A stretch of DNA of 64,000 nucleotides from Myxococcota bacterium (lineage in GTDB: Bacteria; Myxococcota_A; UBA796; CAJQPC01): assembly GCA_036229005.1 (NCBI GenBank), contig JAZAMN010000024.1, forward strand, positions 1 to 64,000, read 5' to 3'. The notes beneath the pieces are model-generated. The model worked only from the letters and a program-made list of their open reading frames with translations, did not search any database and had not been told where the DNA came from. Both the position numbers and the translations under genes were made by a program. The stretch's first letter is position 1. The number at the start of each line of letters is the position of its first letter. Below, piece by piece: positions 48,410-58,652 of the stretch.

Positions 48410-49885
48410 CTACTCCCCAAAGCCGCGGCGCACCCACAGGTTCAGGTAGCGGCCCTCGATCTCGAAGGACGCGGGGCGGTAGCGCGCCTGGAAGTCCTCG
48501 GGGAAGCCGGGCTCGGGCTCCAGCTCCCAGGGCCGCAGGGTGAAGACGCGGTCTTCAGGTAGGTAGAGGTCGGGGTCCTGGGCGAACACGTAGGCGGGGT
48601 CGCTGCGCTCGTGGCCGGCCAGCCCCGAGCCGAAGTCCTGGGTCTCGGCGCGCGCGATGTGCGGGTCGGTCAGGCCCCACATGTCGATGGTGTGGCGCCC
48701 GGCGTAGTAGGGGATCACGCCGGCGGAGTGGATGGCCAGCACGGTGTCCGGCGGGGTCTGGGCGGCGATCCAGTCGCCCACCAGGCGGCGGGCCTCCAGG
48801 TTGGCGTGGCGGTCCGCGGCGATGCGCTGGGCGCTCTGGAAGCTGCCCCACCCCTGCCAGGCGATCAGGGGCAGCGCCAGCGCGCCCACCCCCAGGGCGA
48901 TCTGCCGGTGGCGCTCCAGGGCCTCGCGCAGGCTGATGGCCGCCAGGGTGGCGAGCGCGGGCAGCACGGGCTGGATGAAGCGCCCGGTGGGCTTGAAGTC
49001 GCCGCCCACCGCCACGACGTAGGCCAGGTAGCCGCCAGCCACCACCGCGAGCACCACGCCGTCCTGGTCGCGGCCGCGGCGCCAGCGGAGCACGGGCCAG
49101 GCGAGCACCCCCAGGCAGAGCACCAGGTTCTGGGAGAAGAACCAGCCCAGGTAGCGGAGGCCCCGCTCCACAGCCAGCCCGCCGGTCTTGGCGTAGAAGG
49201 TGTTGGGCAGCGGCAGGCCGTAGGTGTGCAGGCGCCAGAGGGTCACGCCCACCAGCGTGAGCACCACGGGCCAGCACCCCAGCAGGCTGGCGCGTACCTG
49301 CGCGCTGAGTCGCCCCGGCGCCCGCACCCAGAGGCCCAGGTGGGCCAGGCCAAAGAGCAGCGCGCCCTCGGGGCGGGTGAGGCAGGCCAGGGCGAAGACC
49401 GCGCTGGAGCCCAGGTGGGCCTTGCCCTCGCGGCGCTCCAGCAGCAGGCGGTGCAGGCCCCAGGCGCTCATGGCCATGAAGGCGGCGGTCTCCAGACCCT
49501 CCACGGCCTCCAGGGCGACCAGGGGGTTGAGGGCGACCAGCAGGGGGGCGAGCAGCGCCGCCCAGTCCCGCTGGGGATCGGCGGCCAGCTTCCAGGTCCC
49601 CACCACGGCCAGGGCGAGGCTGGTCAGCCCCAGCAGGATGGAGCCCACCACCGGCTCGCCGCCCAGGGCCATCCACCCGGCCATCAGCAGGGTCCAGGAC
49701 AGGTTGGTGAAGCCCTCGACCGCCTGGCCCGGGTTGTAGACCAGCCCGTGCCCGGCCAGCAGGTTCTCCGCGTAGCGGAAGGAGATGAAGGCGTCGTCCT
49801 GGGTGCAGGCGCCGTAGGCCAGGCCCAGGGCCAAGGCGCCGGCGATCAGGGCCGCCAGGGGCAGCAGGTGGGGGGAGCGTCTCAC
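48410..49885 (-). CDS. GT-C fold membrane glycosyltransferase (AftB-like)
   Basis: DDAFISFRYA.NL..G.GLVYN.G..VEGFT, GLET, LTRPEG, PNTFYAK, GGD....RF, IDMWGL.D. Confidence 0.8.
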   Translation of the reverse strand: MRRSPHLLPLAALIAGALALGLAYGACTQDDAFISFRYAENLLAGHGLVYNPGQAVEGFTNLSWTLLMAGWMALGGEPVVGSILLGLTSLALAVVGTWKLAADPQRDWAALLAPLLVALNPLVALEAVEGLETAAFMAMSAWGLHRLLLERREGKAHLGSSAVFALACLTRPEGALLFGLAHLGLWVRAPGRLSAQVRASLLGCWPVVLTLVGVTLWRLHTYGLPLPNTFYAKTGGLAVERGLRYLGWFFSQNLVLCLGVLAWPVLRWRRGRDQDGVVLAVVAGGYLAYVVAVGGDFKPTGRFIQPVLPALATLAAISLREALERHRQIALGVGALALPLIAWQGWGSFQSAQRIAADRHANLEARRLVGDWIAAQTPPDTVLAIHSAGVIPYYAGRHTIDMWGLTDPHIARAETQDFGSGLAGHERSDPAYVFAQDPDLYLPEDRVFTLRPWELEPEPGFPEDFQARYRPASFEIEGRYLNLWVRRGFGE

Positions 49886-49894
49886 CCGCGCATC

Positions 49895-51283
49895 CTACCG
49901 CTTCTGCTTGAAGGCCTCGTAGGCGTCCAGGGCCCGCTGGCGGCCCTGCTTGAGGCCGATCAGCCGCTCGGGGCGGGCGTCCTCCGGGCTCTGACCCCAG
50001 CTCCGGGGGATGGTCTGGTACCAGAGCTCCGCGCCCTCGCCCTCCAGCCAGTAGGCCTGGTAGTCGCCGGCCTTGTCGTAGCGCTTGGCCTGCCCCTCCG
50101 GGTTGAAGACCCGGAAGTAGGGGGAGGCGTCCGGTCCGCTGCCGGCCACCCACTGCCAGCCCATCGCGTTGTTGGCCGGGTCGAAGTCCACCAGGGTGTC
50201 GGCGAACCAGGCCTCGCCGACCTGCCAGTGGGTCTGCAGGTGCTTGCACAGGTAGCTGGCGACGATCATGCGCACGCGGTTGTGCATCCAGCCGGTCACG
50301 TAGAGCTCGCGCATGCCGGCGTCCACGATGGGCTCGCCCGTCAGGGCGCGGCGCCAGCGCTCGGCGTCCTCGTTGTCCTCGCGCCAGGGGAACAGCGCCC
50401 ACTCCTCGCGCCAGTTGCCGGTCAGGAGCTGGGGAGTGTTGAACGCGAGCTGCCAGGCAAAGTCCCGCCACGCGATCTGGCGCATCCAGGCCTCGGCGCC
50501 AGGGTTGCCGTCCAGGTGGGCCTGCTGGGCGGCCGCGTAGGCCTCCCGCGCCGAGATCTCCCCCCAGGCCAGGTGCGCGCTGAGGCGAGAGGTGCGGCCC
50601 AGATCCGGGCGGTCCCGCAGCTCGGGGTATTCGGCCACGTCCTGCTCCAGGAACTCGCTCAGGCGGGCCTGCGCCGCCTGCTCCCCGGGGTCGATGCGCG
50701 CGGCGAAGATCCCGGCCACCCGGTCCATGCCGCGCTCCAGAGTCCACGCACGGATCACCTCGCTGGTGGGCCAGGTTTCGGGGGGTGTGAGGGCTGCGGG
50801 GGCTGGGAGTTGGGCCCCGATGTCCAGGGTCCTCAGCTTCTTCCAGAAAGGCGTGTAGACCTTGTAGGGGCCACCGCTGCCGGTCTGGATCGCCCAGGGC
50901 TCGTGGAGGGTGAGGCCGGGAAAGGACTGGACCTCGAGCCCGGCGTCCTGCAGGGCGGACTTGATGCCCTTGTCGCGCTCGGCGGTGTGGTACTCGCGGG
51001 TCCAGAAGACCTGCTCCGCGTCGCTCTCGCGGGCCAGCTCCAGCAGCACGGTCTGGGGGTCCCCCCGGCGGAGGATGAGGCGGCTCCCCAGCGCTCGGAG
51101 CTGCTCGGCATACCGCTCAAGACTCAGCTTCAACCACAGCTTGGCGGCGGCCCCGGTGCTGTCGAGGACATCGTCCAGCACAAAGACGGGGATCACGGCC
51201 GCGCCGCTCTGGGCGGCGTGGTGAAGGGCGGGGTGGTCGGACAGGCGTAGCTGCCGGCGGATCCAGACGATTGCGGGTCTCAG
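49895..51283 (-). CDS. phrB: Deoxyribodipyrimidine photolyase (apparent CTG start)
   Basis: WIRRQLRLSDHPAL upstream of ORF-track start; YKVYTPF, TSRLSAHL.WGEIS, WRDF, GWMHNRVRMIVAS.L, GWQW.AG.G.DA.PYFRVFNP. Confidence 0.92.
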   Translation of the reverse strand: MRPAIVWIRRQLRLSDHPALHHAAQSGAAVIPVFVLDDVLDSTGAAAKLWLKLSLERYAEQLRALGSRLILRRGDPQTVLLELARESDAEQVFWTREYHTAERDKGIKSALQDAGLEVQSFPGLTLHEPWAIQTGSGGPYKVYTPFWKKLRTLDIGAQLPAPAALTPPETWPTSEVIRAWTLERGMDRVAGIFAARIDPGEQAAQARLSEFLEQDVAEYPELRDRPDLGRTSRLSAHLAWGEISAREAYAAAQQAHLDGNPGAEAWMRQIAWRDFAWQLAFNTPQLLTGNWREEWALFPWREDNEDAERWRRALTGEPIVDAGMRELYVTGWMHNRVRMIVASYLCKHLQTHWQVGEAWFADTLVDFDPANNAMGWQWVAGSGPDASPYFRVFNPEGQAKRYDKAGDYQAYWLEGEGAELWYQTIPRSWGQSPEDARPERLIGLKQGRQRALDAYEAFKQKR

Positions 51284-53052
51284 GACGAAGCTCCGTGGTT
51301 GGTGGCCGCGACGATCGCGGGATCCACCTTGTACCCGTCCAGGAACTTCTTGCGGTCGGCCTTCATCTGGGCGACCCAGGCGCTGTAGATGTCCTGCTTT
51401 CCGGTCTCGGCGTAGTGGTGCCGCGGGGAGAGGATGGCCTTGGGCACGCGCTCGAGCAGGGCGGCGTTGTCGGGGTGCTCGACGTCGACCACCAGGTACC
51501 CAAAGTCGGGGTCGCGGGTCCAGACGATCTGGTCCTTCAAGAGGGCTTCGAGCATGGCGCTGGAGTGGCGGATCTTGACCTTGAAGCCGACCCCTTCCTT
51601 GACCGACTTGCCGTCACCGCCGACGAAGCCGGTGTTCATCATCCACAGGTCCACGCCGGGCATGGTGGCGGCCAGCTCGGAGAAGCGCACGGCCTGGTCG
51701 CCGTGGGCGCCGGGGAAGAAGGGCTGGGTGAAGGGGCTGCGGGTCTTGCCGCGCTCCTTGCCGGCGGCGGAGGTCTTGGTGGTCTCGCCGAGCATGAAGA
51801 AGCCGGCGGCCTGCTTGGGGTCGTCGAACTTGACGATGCCGGGGGTGCAGGCGTCCACGCCCTCGTCGCGGTTGAGGATGCCCATGGACTGCACGGTGTC
51901 GATGGCGTTCAGGTCGGCGGCGTCTTCGACCGAGCTCATGGGGATGATGCTGCGGCCGTTGGCGGTCCAGACCACGAAGTCCCAGCCGTCGGCGGGCACG
52001 CCGTTCTCATCCAGGACCTGGTCCGCGGGGACCTGGCCGGAGATGTACTTGTCCAGGTTGTCCTGGGGGGCGCCGGTGGCCAGGAGCACGTCGCGCAGGC
52101 GCTCGGCCTCCTGGGGACTCAGCACGGTCTTCACGAAGTCGAAGTTGCCGTCGGCGTCGGTGTAGACGTTCTCGGTCCAGGCGCTGGGGTGCACGGTGCC
52201 GCGGTAGATGACGGGCTCGGTGGCCTCGCTCAGGCCCCAGGTCTTGGCGAAGCAGCCGTTCTCGGTGACCGACATCTCGCCGGCGGGCCAGAGGGCGACC
52301 ATGTCGTCCTGGATGGGCTGGGTGACCTCGCCCTGCTTGGAGAAGGTGGTGGTGGTCTTGCCGGTGCCGGACAGGCCCATGATGGTCATGGAGATGTGCT
52401 CGCCGTCGGGAAGGGTGACGGCCTTGGCGCCGGCGTGGAGCACCAGCCCGCCGCGCTCGAACACGTAGTGGTTCAGCATGCGCAGGGCGGCCTTCTTGGA
52501 CTCGCCGAAGTAGTCCGGGCCCATGATGTACGTGGTGTAGCTGGCCAGATCGACCAGGATGCGCTGCCCGCCGGGCACGTCGGGGAAGAAGTCCGGCGTG
52601 TAGACGATGCGGAAGGTGGGCTTGAAGCTGTCCACGCTGGCCGCGGCGTCCGCGCCCTCGACCTGCTCGCGGGGGAAGGCCAGGATGGACTGCATGCCGC
52701 AGATGTTCGCGCCCTCGACCGTGTAGAGCCACTGCACCGGGACCGCGCGGGGCCCCACGCCCACGTAGGCCTGCAGCTCCAGCAGCTCGCCCTTGTCCAG
52801 GATGTACTGCTCCTGGGCGTCGATCAGGGCCTGGGCCTCGGCCGGCGCGATGACCTTGTGGGAGTAGCGCGCGGCGTTGGCCGGGTCGTCGATGATGAAG
52901 GTGAACGCGGCCTTGCGCGCCTTGTTCCGGGCCACCTTGACCAGGTTCCCGCAGGCCGTCTCGCTCACCGCGGGGGTGTGCTCCAGGGTCAGCGCGCGGA
53001 GAGCGTCCTGGCTCAGGTTGGTGCGGTAGGTGACCGGGTAGGGATGCAGCAC
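51280..53052 (-). CDS. pckA: Phosphoenolpyruvate carboxykinase (ATP)
   Basis: YFGESKK, LHAG, GLSGTGKTT, IQDD, ENGCFAK, NGRS, PFF, NTG. Confidence 0.88.
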   Translation of the reverse strand: MLHPYPVTYRTNLSQDALRALTLEHTPAVSETACGNLVKVARNKARKAAFTFIIDDPANAARYSHKVIAPAEAQALIDAQEQYILDKGELLELQAYVGVGPRAVPVQWLYTVEGANICGMQSILAFPREQVEGADAAASVDSFKPTFRIVYTPDFFPDVPGGQRILVDLASYTTYIMGPDYFGESKKAALRMLNHYVFERGGLVLHAGAKAVTLPDGEHISMTIMGLSGTGKTTTTFSKQGEVTQPIQDDMVALWPAGEMSVTENGCFAKTWGLSEATEPVIYRGTVHPSAWTENVYTDADGNFDFVKTVLSPQEAERLRDVLLATGAPQDNLDKYISGQVPADQVLDENGVPADGWDFVVWTANGRSIIPMSSVEDAADLNAIDTVQSMGILNRDEGVDACTPGIVKFDDPKQAAGFFMLGETTKTSAAGKERGKTRSPFTQPFFPGAHGDQAVRFSELAATMPGVDLWMMNTGFVGGDGKSVKEGVGFKVKIRHSSAMLEALLKDQIVWTRDPDFGYLVVDVEHPDNAALLERVPKAILSPRHHYAETGKQDIYSAWVAQMKADRKKFLDGYKVDPAIVAATNHGASS

Positions 53053-53116
53053 GACGACGCTCCGTTCTGTGCGTCTCCGTTAGGCCGCGGTCCGGGGGCG
53101 CCGCAACGGCTTTTTG

Positions 53117-53848
53117 TCAAGGTTCCAGCGCCAGAGCACAGTCTGGGGGAATGGGCCGCGCCTGGAGCTCCGCGAGGGTGGGGATCCCCGCTTTGAACAC
53201 CCCGATCTCGCAGGGCAGCTTGAGGGCCTGGAGGGGGACGGGGCTTGCGGATGGTGCGCGCGCCACGACCACACCACCAAAGGCCAGAAGGTCCGCCTGC
53301 GCTTCGCTCACCTGATCGACATCCACGGTGACGGCGAGGTGCTGCTTTGGCGAACCGACCGGCAGGTGGATCGTGCCCACCTGGCCGGGCACCGAGTAGA
53401 TGGGCGTGCGCCGGATCCCGGGGATCCGGGGGGGCTCGGAGAGGTCCTCGCGCAGGACCAGCACGCCGGGCGCCACCACCATCGCGAGCCCCTGCGCGTC
53501 CGAGAGCGCCACGCCCTGGGCGTCCGCGGCCACGCGCCAGTCGCCCTGGGGCTCGGCGGGCAGGGCGCTCCAGGCGAGCAGGGGCCGCACCGGCAGGGGC
53601 AGGGTGTCCAGGGCCCCGTTGTGGGAGCTGAACGCGTCCCCCTGGCGCAAGCGCGCCGTCACGCTGCCGGTGTCCTCGTCGATGGAGAGATCCCAGGCCA
53701 GGTCTGGACTCCAGATGGCCCGCTCGGCGGTGGGGTCCTGATGTAGCCACACCCGACCGCTCCTCTCCCCCTGCAGCTCCACCCGGTAGGTGGCGGTCAC
53801 AGGGCCGGAGAGGTCGGGCGCATTGCAGGCCAGGAGCAGGAGCCACAT
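53117..53848 (-). CDS. Hypothetical lipoprotein
   Basis: Signal MWLLLLAC; fills the gap between pckA and thiolase. Confidence 0.6.
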   Translation of the reverse strand: MWLLLLACNAPDLSGPVTATYRVELQGERSGRVWLHQDPTAERAIWSPDLAWDLSIDEDTGSVTARLRQGDAFSSHNGALDTLPLPVRPLLAWSALPAEPQGDWRVAADAQGVALSDAQGLAMVVAPGVLVLREDLSEPPRIPGIRRTPIYSVPGQVGTIHLPVGSPKQHLAVTVDVDQVSEAQADLLAFGGVVVARAPSASPVPLQALKLPCEIGVFKAGIPTLAELQARPIPPDCALALEP

Positions 53849-53880
53849 GGGCGCAGCCTATCCCGGGTTAGCCTGCGCCC
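53849..53880. promoter_or_regulatory. Symmetric back-to-back -10 elements
   Basis: GGGCGCAGCCTA-tcccgggt-TAGCCTGCGCCC; TAGGCT (minus) and TAGCCT (plus), each followed by GCGCCC. Confidence 0.5.
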
Positions 53881-53896
53881 CCGCTTTGGAGATTCC

Positions 53897-55096
53897 GTGC
53901 AGCAGGCAGTGATCGTCGACGCCGTCCGTACCCCCATCGGCCGCTTCCAGGGGGGCCTGGCGGGTGTCCGGGCCGATGACCTGGGCGCCCTGGCCATCGC
54001 CAAGGTGGTGGAGCGCACCGGGCTGGACCCGGCGCTGGTGGACGACGTGTTCTTTGGCTGCGCCAACCAGGCGGGCGAGGACAACCGCAACGTGGCCCGC
54101 ATGTCCCTGCTGCTGGCGGGGCTTCCCCAGTCGGTGCCGGGCGTGACCGTGAACCGGCTCTGCGCGAGCGGACTGGAGGCCGTGAACCAGGCGGCGCGGG
54201 CGGTGCAGTGCGGGGACGGGGGGCTCTACATCGCCGGTGGCGTCGAGAACATGAGCCGCGCGCCCTACGTGTTCCCGCGGGGCCCGGTGGCGCCCAAGGC
54301 GGGGAACATCACGGGCTACGACACCTCGCTGGGGTGGCGCTTCCCGAATCCCAGGATGGAGGCGATGTTCGCGCTGGAGGCCATGGGCTGCACGGCGGAG
54401 AACCTGGTCGACGACCTGGGCATCAGCCGGGCGGACCAGGACGCCTTCTCCCTGGAGAGCCACAACAAGGCCATCGCCGCGCAGGATGCGGGGTGGTTCC
54501 AGCAGGAGCTGTTCGCGGTGGAGATCCCGCAGCGGCGCGGGGATCCGGTGGTGGTCACGGCGGACGAGGGGCCCCGGCGCGGCACCAGCCTGGAGAAGCT
54601 GGGCAAGCTGCGGGCGGCCTTCCGCAAGGGTGGGAGCGTGACGGCGGGCAACTCCAGTACCCTGAACGACGGGTCCTGCGCGGTGGTCATCGCGTCGGCG
54701 GACAAGGCCCGGGAGCTGGGGCTCAAGGCGCGCTTCCGGATTGTGGCCAAGGCGGCCGCGGGGGTGGATCCGACCCGCATGGGCATCGGCCCGGTGCCGG
54801 CCACCCGCAAGGCCCTGGCGCTGGCCGGGTGGAGCCTGGACGACGTGGATGCGATCGAGCTGAATGAGGCGTTCGCGGCCCAGTCTCTGGCGGTGATGCG
54901 CACCCTGGGCATGGACCCGGCCAAGGTCAACCAGCACGGCGGCGCGATCTCGCTGGGGCACCCCCTGGGCTGCTCTGGGGCGCGTATCCTGACCACCCTG
55001 ATGGGCGTGCTCGACCGCACCGGCGGGGACCGGGGGCTGGCGACCCTGTGCGTGGGCGTGGGTCAGGGCGTCGCCACCCTGATCGAGCGGGTCTGA
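53897..55096 (+). CDS. Acetyl-CoA C-acyltransferase (thiolase, PcaF/PaaJ-like)
   Basis: [45 protein letters not shown]. Confidence 0.95.
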   Translation: MQQAVIVDAVRTPIGRFQGGLAGVRADDLGALAIAKVVERTGLDPALVDDVFFGCANQAGEDNRNVARMSLLLAGLPQSVPGVTVNRLCASGLEAVNQAARAVQCGDGGLYIAGGVENMSRAPYVFPRGPVAPKAGNITGYDTSLGWRFPNPRMEAMFALEAMGCTAENLVDDLGISRADQDAFSLESHNKAIAAQDAGWFQQELFAVEIPQRRGDPVVVTADEGPRRGTSLEKLGKLRAAFRKGGSVTAGNSSTLNDGSCAVVIASADKARELGLKARFRIVAKAAAGVDPTRMGIGPVPATRKALALAGWSLDDVDAIELNEAFAAQSLAVMRTLGMDPAKVNQHGGAISLGHPLGCSGARILTTLMGVLDRTGGDRGLATLCVGVGQGVATLIERV

Positions 55097-56268
55097 TGCT
55101 GCGCGCTGGCCAGAGCCTGGGGCGCTACGAGCTGCTCCAGCAGCTTGGGATGGGGGCCTCTGCCGAGGTCTGGCGGGCGCGACACAGCGCTCTGGGCACG
55201 CTGCACGCCCTCAAGGTGCTGCACAACAAGCACCCCAAGATCCGCCAGCGCATGTTGACCGAGGCCCGGGTGCAGGCCAGCCTCAAGCACCCGGCGGTGG
55301 TCCCGGTGCAGGACGTCTTTGACGAGCAGGGCCGGCTGGTGCTGGTCATGGAGCTGGTCGACGGCCCCAACCTGCTGGAGCTGGTGCAGGCCGGGCCGGT
55401 GCCGCTGGACAAGGCGGAGCGCATCTTCCGGGAGCTGCTGGAGGCGGTGGGCCACGCGCACCGACAGGGGGTGATCCACCGGGACCTCAAGCCCGAGAAC
55501 ATCCTGCTCAGCGGGCCCGAGCAGCGGGTGCGGGTGACGGACTTCGGGCTGGCGCGGGTGCTGCATGACGACGGCCCCCGGGCGACCCGCATGGGCGTGG
55601 CGATGGGGACCCCCGGGTACATGGCGCCGGAGATGGTGGCGGACGCGCTGTCCTCGGACGTTCAGGCCGACGTGTTCTCGCTGGGCTGCATCCTGTTCGT
55701 GCTCTGCACCGGGCGCGTGGCCTTCTCGGGCGAGAACCTGCACGTCACCCTGCAGCGCACGGTCAAGGGGCAGCACAACCCCCTGCCGGAGACGCTGCCG
55801 CAGCACCTGCGGGCGACCATCGAGGGCTGCCTGATCCCCGACCGGGCCAAGCGCATCCCGGACTGCGTCACTCTGGAGGAGGTGCTGGATCAGCGCCGCG
55901 GCTGGGGCCCCGATGGGGAGCGCTGGACCCGCCCGCCGGGCTGGCAGACCATGCTCCTGGACCCCGACGACAGCGAGGAGCTGACCCTGGATCCCCTGGG
56001 ACCTGGGCCCACCCTCGCGCCGGACGACGCCGCACTCCAGGCCGCACAGGAGGCCTTCCTGTCCAGCGAGGACCTGCTGTCTGAGGAGACACCCCTCCCC
56101 GAGCCTGAGCCCCAGCCTGAACCCCAGCAGGAATCGCTGCTGGAGGCCAGGCCGGGGCCCGAGGGTGGCTTCCGCGGCAAGGCCGTGCCCTGGCTGCTCG
56201 CGGGGGTCGCGGTGCTGGGGCTGGCCCTGCTGGGAGGCCTGGGGCTGGTGTTCTGGCTGCTGAGCTGA
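55096..56268 (+). CDS. Membrane-anchored Ser/Thr protein kinase
   Basis: LGMGA, HALK, HRDLKPEN, DFGLA, GTPGYMAPE, DVFSLG; C-terminal TM; TGATG overlap with thiolase. Confidence 0.92.
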   Translation: MLRAGQSLGRYELLQQLGMGASAEVWRARHSALGTLHALKVLHNKHPKIRQRMLTEARVQASLKHPAVVPVQDVFDEQGRLVLVMELVDGPNLLELVQAGPVPLDKAERIFRELLEAVGHAHRQGVIHRDLKPENILLSGPEQRVRVTDFGLARVLHDDGPRATRMGVAMGTPGYMAPEMVADALSSDVQADVFSLGCILFVLCTGRVAFSGENLHVTLQRTVKGQHNPLPETLPQHLRATIEGCLIPDRAKRIPDCVTLEEVLDQRRGWGPDGERWTRPPGWQTMLLDPDDSEELTLDPLGPGPTLAPDDAALQAAQEAFLSSEDLLSEETPLPEPEPQPEPQQESLLEARPGPEGGFRGKAVPWLLAGVAVLGLALLGGLGLVFWLLS

Positions 56269-56272
56269 GGCC

Positions 56273-56857
56273 TCAGCCCGGGAGCCAGCCCACGGAGCCG
56301 GTCCAGGTGCTGTCCGGGATGGAGAGGGACGCGCCGTCAGCGTCGGTGACCACCACGCCGGTCAGCGTCACGGTGGCCTCGCCGGGGTACTCCGGTCCTG
56401 AGCTGGTGCCGTCGGACACGACGGTGAACTCCAGGGTGCCGGACGTTGCAGTCCAGGTGTGCGTGATCTCCTCGGTCTCCTCGATCACGTCATCGCAGGG
56501 GTAGAGGTGCAGGTCGACGCCCTGGTGGAGCTGCACCTGACCGGTGCTCTCGGTGGCCAGGTTCACGCTCAGGGTGGCGGTCTTGTCCGAGGCGTTGAAG
56601 GCGGTCTCGGTGAGCCCCTCGCTGGTGGTCGAGGCCTCCAGGAGCAGGCTGCCGTCGCTGGCGTAGCGGCTCATGTACAGGTCGGAGCAGCCGATCTCGC
56701 GGTCCAGGCTGCTGAGATCGACGGCCGCTGGGGTCCCGGTGTCGACCGTGGAGTCCGCGGTATCGCCGGTGTCATCCTTCTCGTAGCAGGCGACTGCGCT
56801 CAGCAGCAGCAGGGGGGTCAGGAGCTTGGGGAGTGTCGTCTTGGAAAGGGTCATCAT
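56273..56857 (-). CDS. Acidic Thr-rich lipoprotein
   Basis: Lipobox AVAC; DDTGDT linker; AGGAGG SD; ends VGWLPG. Confidence 0.8.
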   Translation of the reverse strand: MMTLSKTTLPKLLTPLLLLSAVACYEKDDTGDTADSTVDTGTPAAVDLSSLDREIGCSDLYMSRYASDGSLLLEASTTSEGLTETAFNASDKTATLSVNLATESTGQVQLHQGVDLHLYPCDDVIEETEEITHTWTATSGTLEFTVVSDGTSSGPEYPGEATVTLTGVVVTDADGASLSIPDSTWTGSVGWLPG

Positions 56858-56914
56858 GTCCTCCTGATCCCAACTTGACCCCGGAGAGCGGGGGTGGCAA
56901 CAGCGGTATCGCTC

Positions 56915-56959
56915 AAATTGGGTAGCGGAAAAGGGTATTGAAGAGCAAAAATGGGGTAG
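56915..56959 (-). promoter_or_regulatory. Three TACCC direct repeats in AT-rich intergenic DNA
   Basis: AAATTGGGTAG (56915), GAAAAGGGTAT (56928), AAATGGGGTAG (56949). Confidence 0.4.
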
Positions 56960-57541
56960 TCATTCCGTGAGCCAGCTCCCGGCCGACATCAGCTCGAGCT
57001 CGCCCTGGGTGCGGAGGGTCCAGGCCAGGGTCCCCTGGTCGGCGAGGTCCCCGTGGAGGGTGAGCTGCAGCTCGGTGGCGTCGGCTGGGAGGGTGCCGGG
57101 GTCCAGCGCGCCGTCGACGCTGTCCAGGGAGAGCAGCAGGGCGGTGGAGCGCAGGGGGAGCCAGGTGTCGACGGCGAGCAGGGGCGCGGCGTCGAGCTGG
57201 ACGTGGGTGTCCACCGCGAGCCACTGGTCGGTCCCGCAGCCGTCCTCCTCGGCGATGAGCAGGATCTGACCGGAGTCGGCGTCCAATCGGATGTCCAGCG
57301 GTGCGCTGCCCTGCCACGCACTCTCCAGCAACCCCTCTCCCTGAAAGCGGATGCGGGCGCGGAGCTCCGCGGGGGTGGGGCCGTCGGCGGTCAGGGGCTG
57401 ATCGCTGTCCCAGACGGTGGTGATGAGCGCGCAGGTCTCGTCGCCCTCTTCGCCGATCTGGGTGCCCTGCCACTGGGGCGGGGAGGCGAGGAGGCCCGAG
57501 TCGCTGGGAGCGCCGGTGCAAGCCAGGATGAAGAGCAGCAT
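56960..57541 (-). CDS. Hypothetical lipoprotein
   Basis: Signal MLLFILAC; W.G.QIGEEG segment; start moved to 57541. Confidence 0.7.
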   Translation of the reverse strand: MLLFILACTGAPSDSGLLASPPQWQGTQIGEEGDETCALITTVWDSDQPLTADGPTPAELRARIRFQGEGLLESAWQGSAPLDIRLDADSGQILLIAEEDGCGTDQWLAVDTHVQLDAAPLLAVDTWLPLRSTALLLSLDSVDGALDPGTLPADATELQLTLHGDLADQGTLAWTLRTQGELELMSAGSWLTE

Positions 57542-57635
57542 GGGGGGACCATGGCCGCCTGGGGGACACTCGGCAAGGGCGGGGGCGCACAAAGGCTGCG
57601 CAATACTGTCCAGGCTGTGTGCAAGTTCGGGGTAG

Positions 57636-58622
57636 ATGGAAGAGACCCTGGACATGGAGGCTGTGGCCTCGCTGACCCTGAGGGCGCTGCGCGGGCGGCG
57701 TAGTCAGGTGGCGTTCTCCCGGCGCCTCAAGTACCGCTCCAACGTCGCGGCGGACTGGGAGCAGGGTCGGCGCTACCCGACGGCGGCGGAGTTCCTGCGG
57801 GCCGCCGAGGTGGTGGGGGTGGAGCTGAACGGGGCCTTCACGCGCTTCCACGCGCCCTCGGCCTCGGCGCTGGGGGACGGAGACGACGCGGGGGTGGCGC
57901 GCTGGCTGGAGACGCTCCGAGGGCAGAGCAGCCTGCAGGAGCTGGCGGCGCGCAGCGGGCTGTCCCGGCACGCCTTGGGGCGCTGGCTCTCCGGCAAGAC
58001 CCGGCCGCGGCTCCCGGACTTCCTGCGCCTGGTGGACGCGCTGACCGGGCGGGTGGAGGACCTGGTCGGGGCCCTGGTGGACATCCGGCAGGTGCCGCCT
58101 CTGGCGGAGCGGGTGGCGCGGGCGGAGGCCTCCAGGCAGGTGGGGCTGGAGCAGCCGTGGGCGCTGCCGGTGCTTCTGGCGCTGGAGACCCGCGGATACC
58201 AGGCCCTGGAGGCGCACGACAGCGGCTGGCTCGCGCGGATGCTGGATCTGCCGCAGCGGCGGGTGGACGGCTGCCTCTCGCGGCTTGAGGCGGCGGGGGT
58301 GATCCGGCGACAGGGGGCGCACTATGTTCCAGGGTTGCCGCTGACGATCGACACCCGGGCCTACCCCGAAGCGGGTCGTGCACTGAAGCGCCACTGGGCG
58401 ATCGTGGGGACCGAGCGGATCGCGGCGCCCAGAGAGGGGGACATCCTGGGCTACAACCTCTTCGCGTTGTCTCGGGAGGACCTGGACAAGGTGCGGGAGT
58501 TGCAGCGGGGATTCTTCCGGGAGGTCCGGCGGATCGTGGCGGCATCCGATCCCAGTGAGGTGGTGGCGCTGCTGAACCTTCATCTGCTTTCTTGGGACGC
58601 AGAAGTGGCGAAAATGGAATAG
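57636..58622 (+). CDS. Double XRE-HTH plus DUF4423-like regulator
   Basis: LRGRRSQ..FSRRL.YRSN..ADWE.GRR.P; second HTH LAARSG.SR..L.RWL.G; C-terminal YNLFALS..D...V.ELQ..FF.EVR.IV..S. Confidence 0.8.
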   Translation: MEETLDMEAVASLTLRALRGRRSQVAFSRRLKYRSNVAADWEQGRRYPTAAEFLRAAEVVGVELNGAFTRFHAPSASALGDGDDAGVARWLETLRGQSSLQELAARSGLSRHALGRWLSGKTRPRLPDFLRLVDALTGRVEDLVGALVDIRQVPPLAERVARAEASRQVGLEQPWALPVLLALETRGYQALEAHDSGWLARMLDLPQRRVDGCLSRLEAAGVIRRQGAHYVPGLPLTIDTRAYPEAGRALKRHWAIVGTERIAAPREGDILGYNLFALSREDLDKVRELQRGFFREVRRIVAASDPSEVVALLNLHLLSWDAEVAKME

Positions 58623-58634
58623 CGAAACCGATTG

Positions 58635-58652
58635 CAGGACAAAAATGTCCTG
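58635..58652. promoter_or_regulatory. Palindromic operator overlapping promoter of export operon
   Basis: CAGGACA-AAAA-TGTCCTG between TTGCAG (58632) and TAAGGT (58654). Confidence 0.6.
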
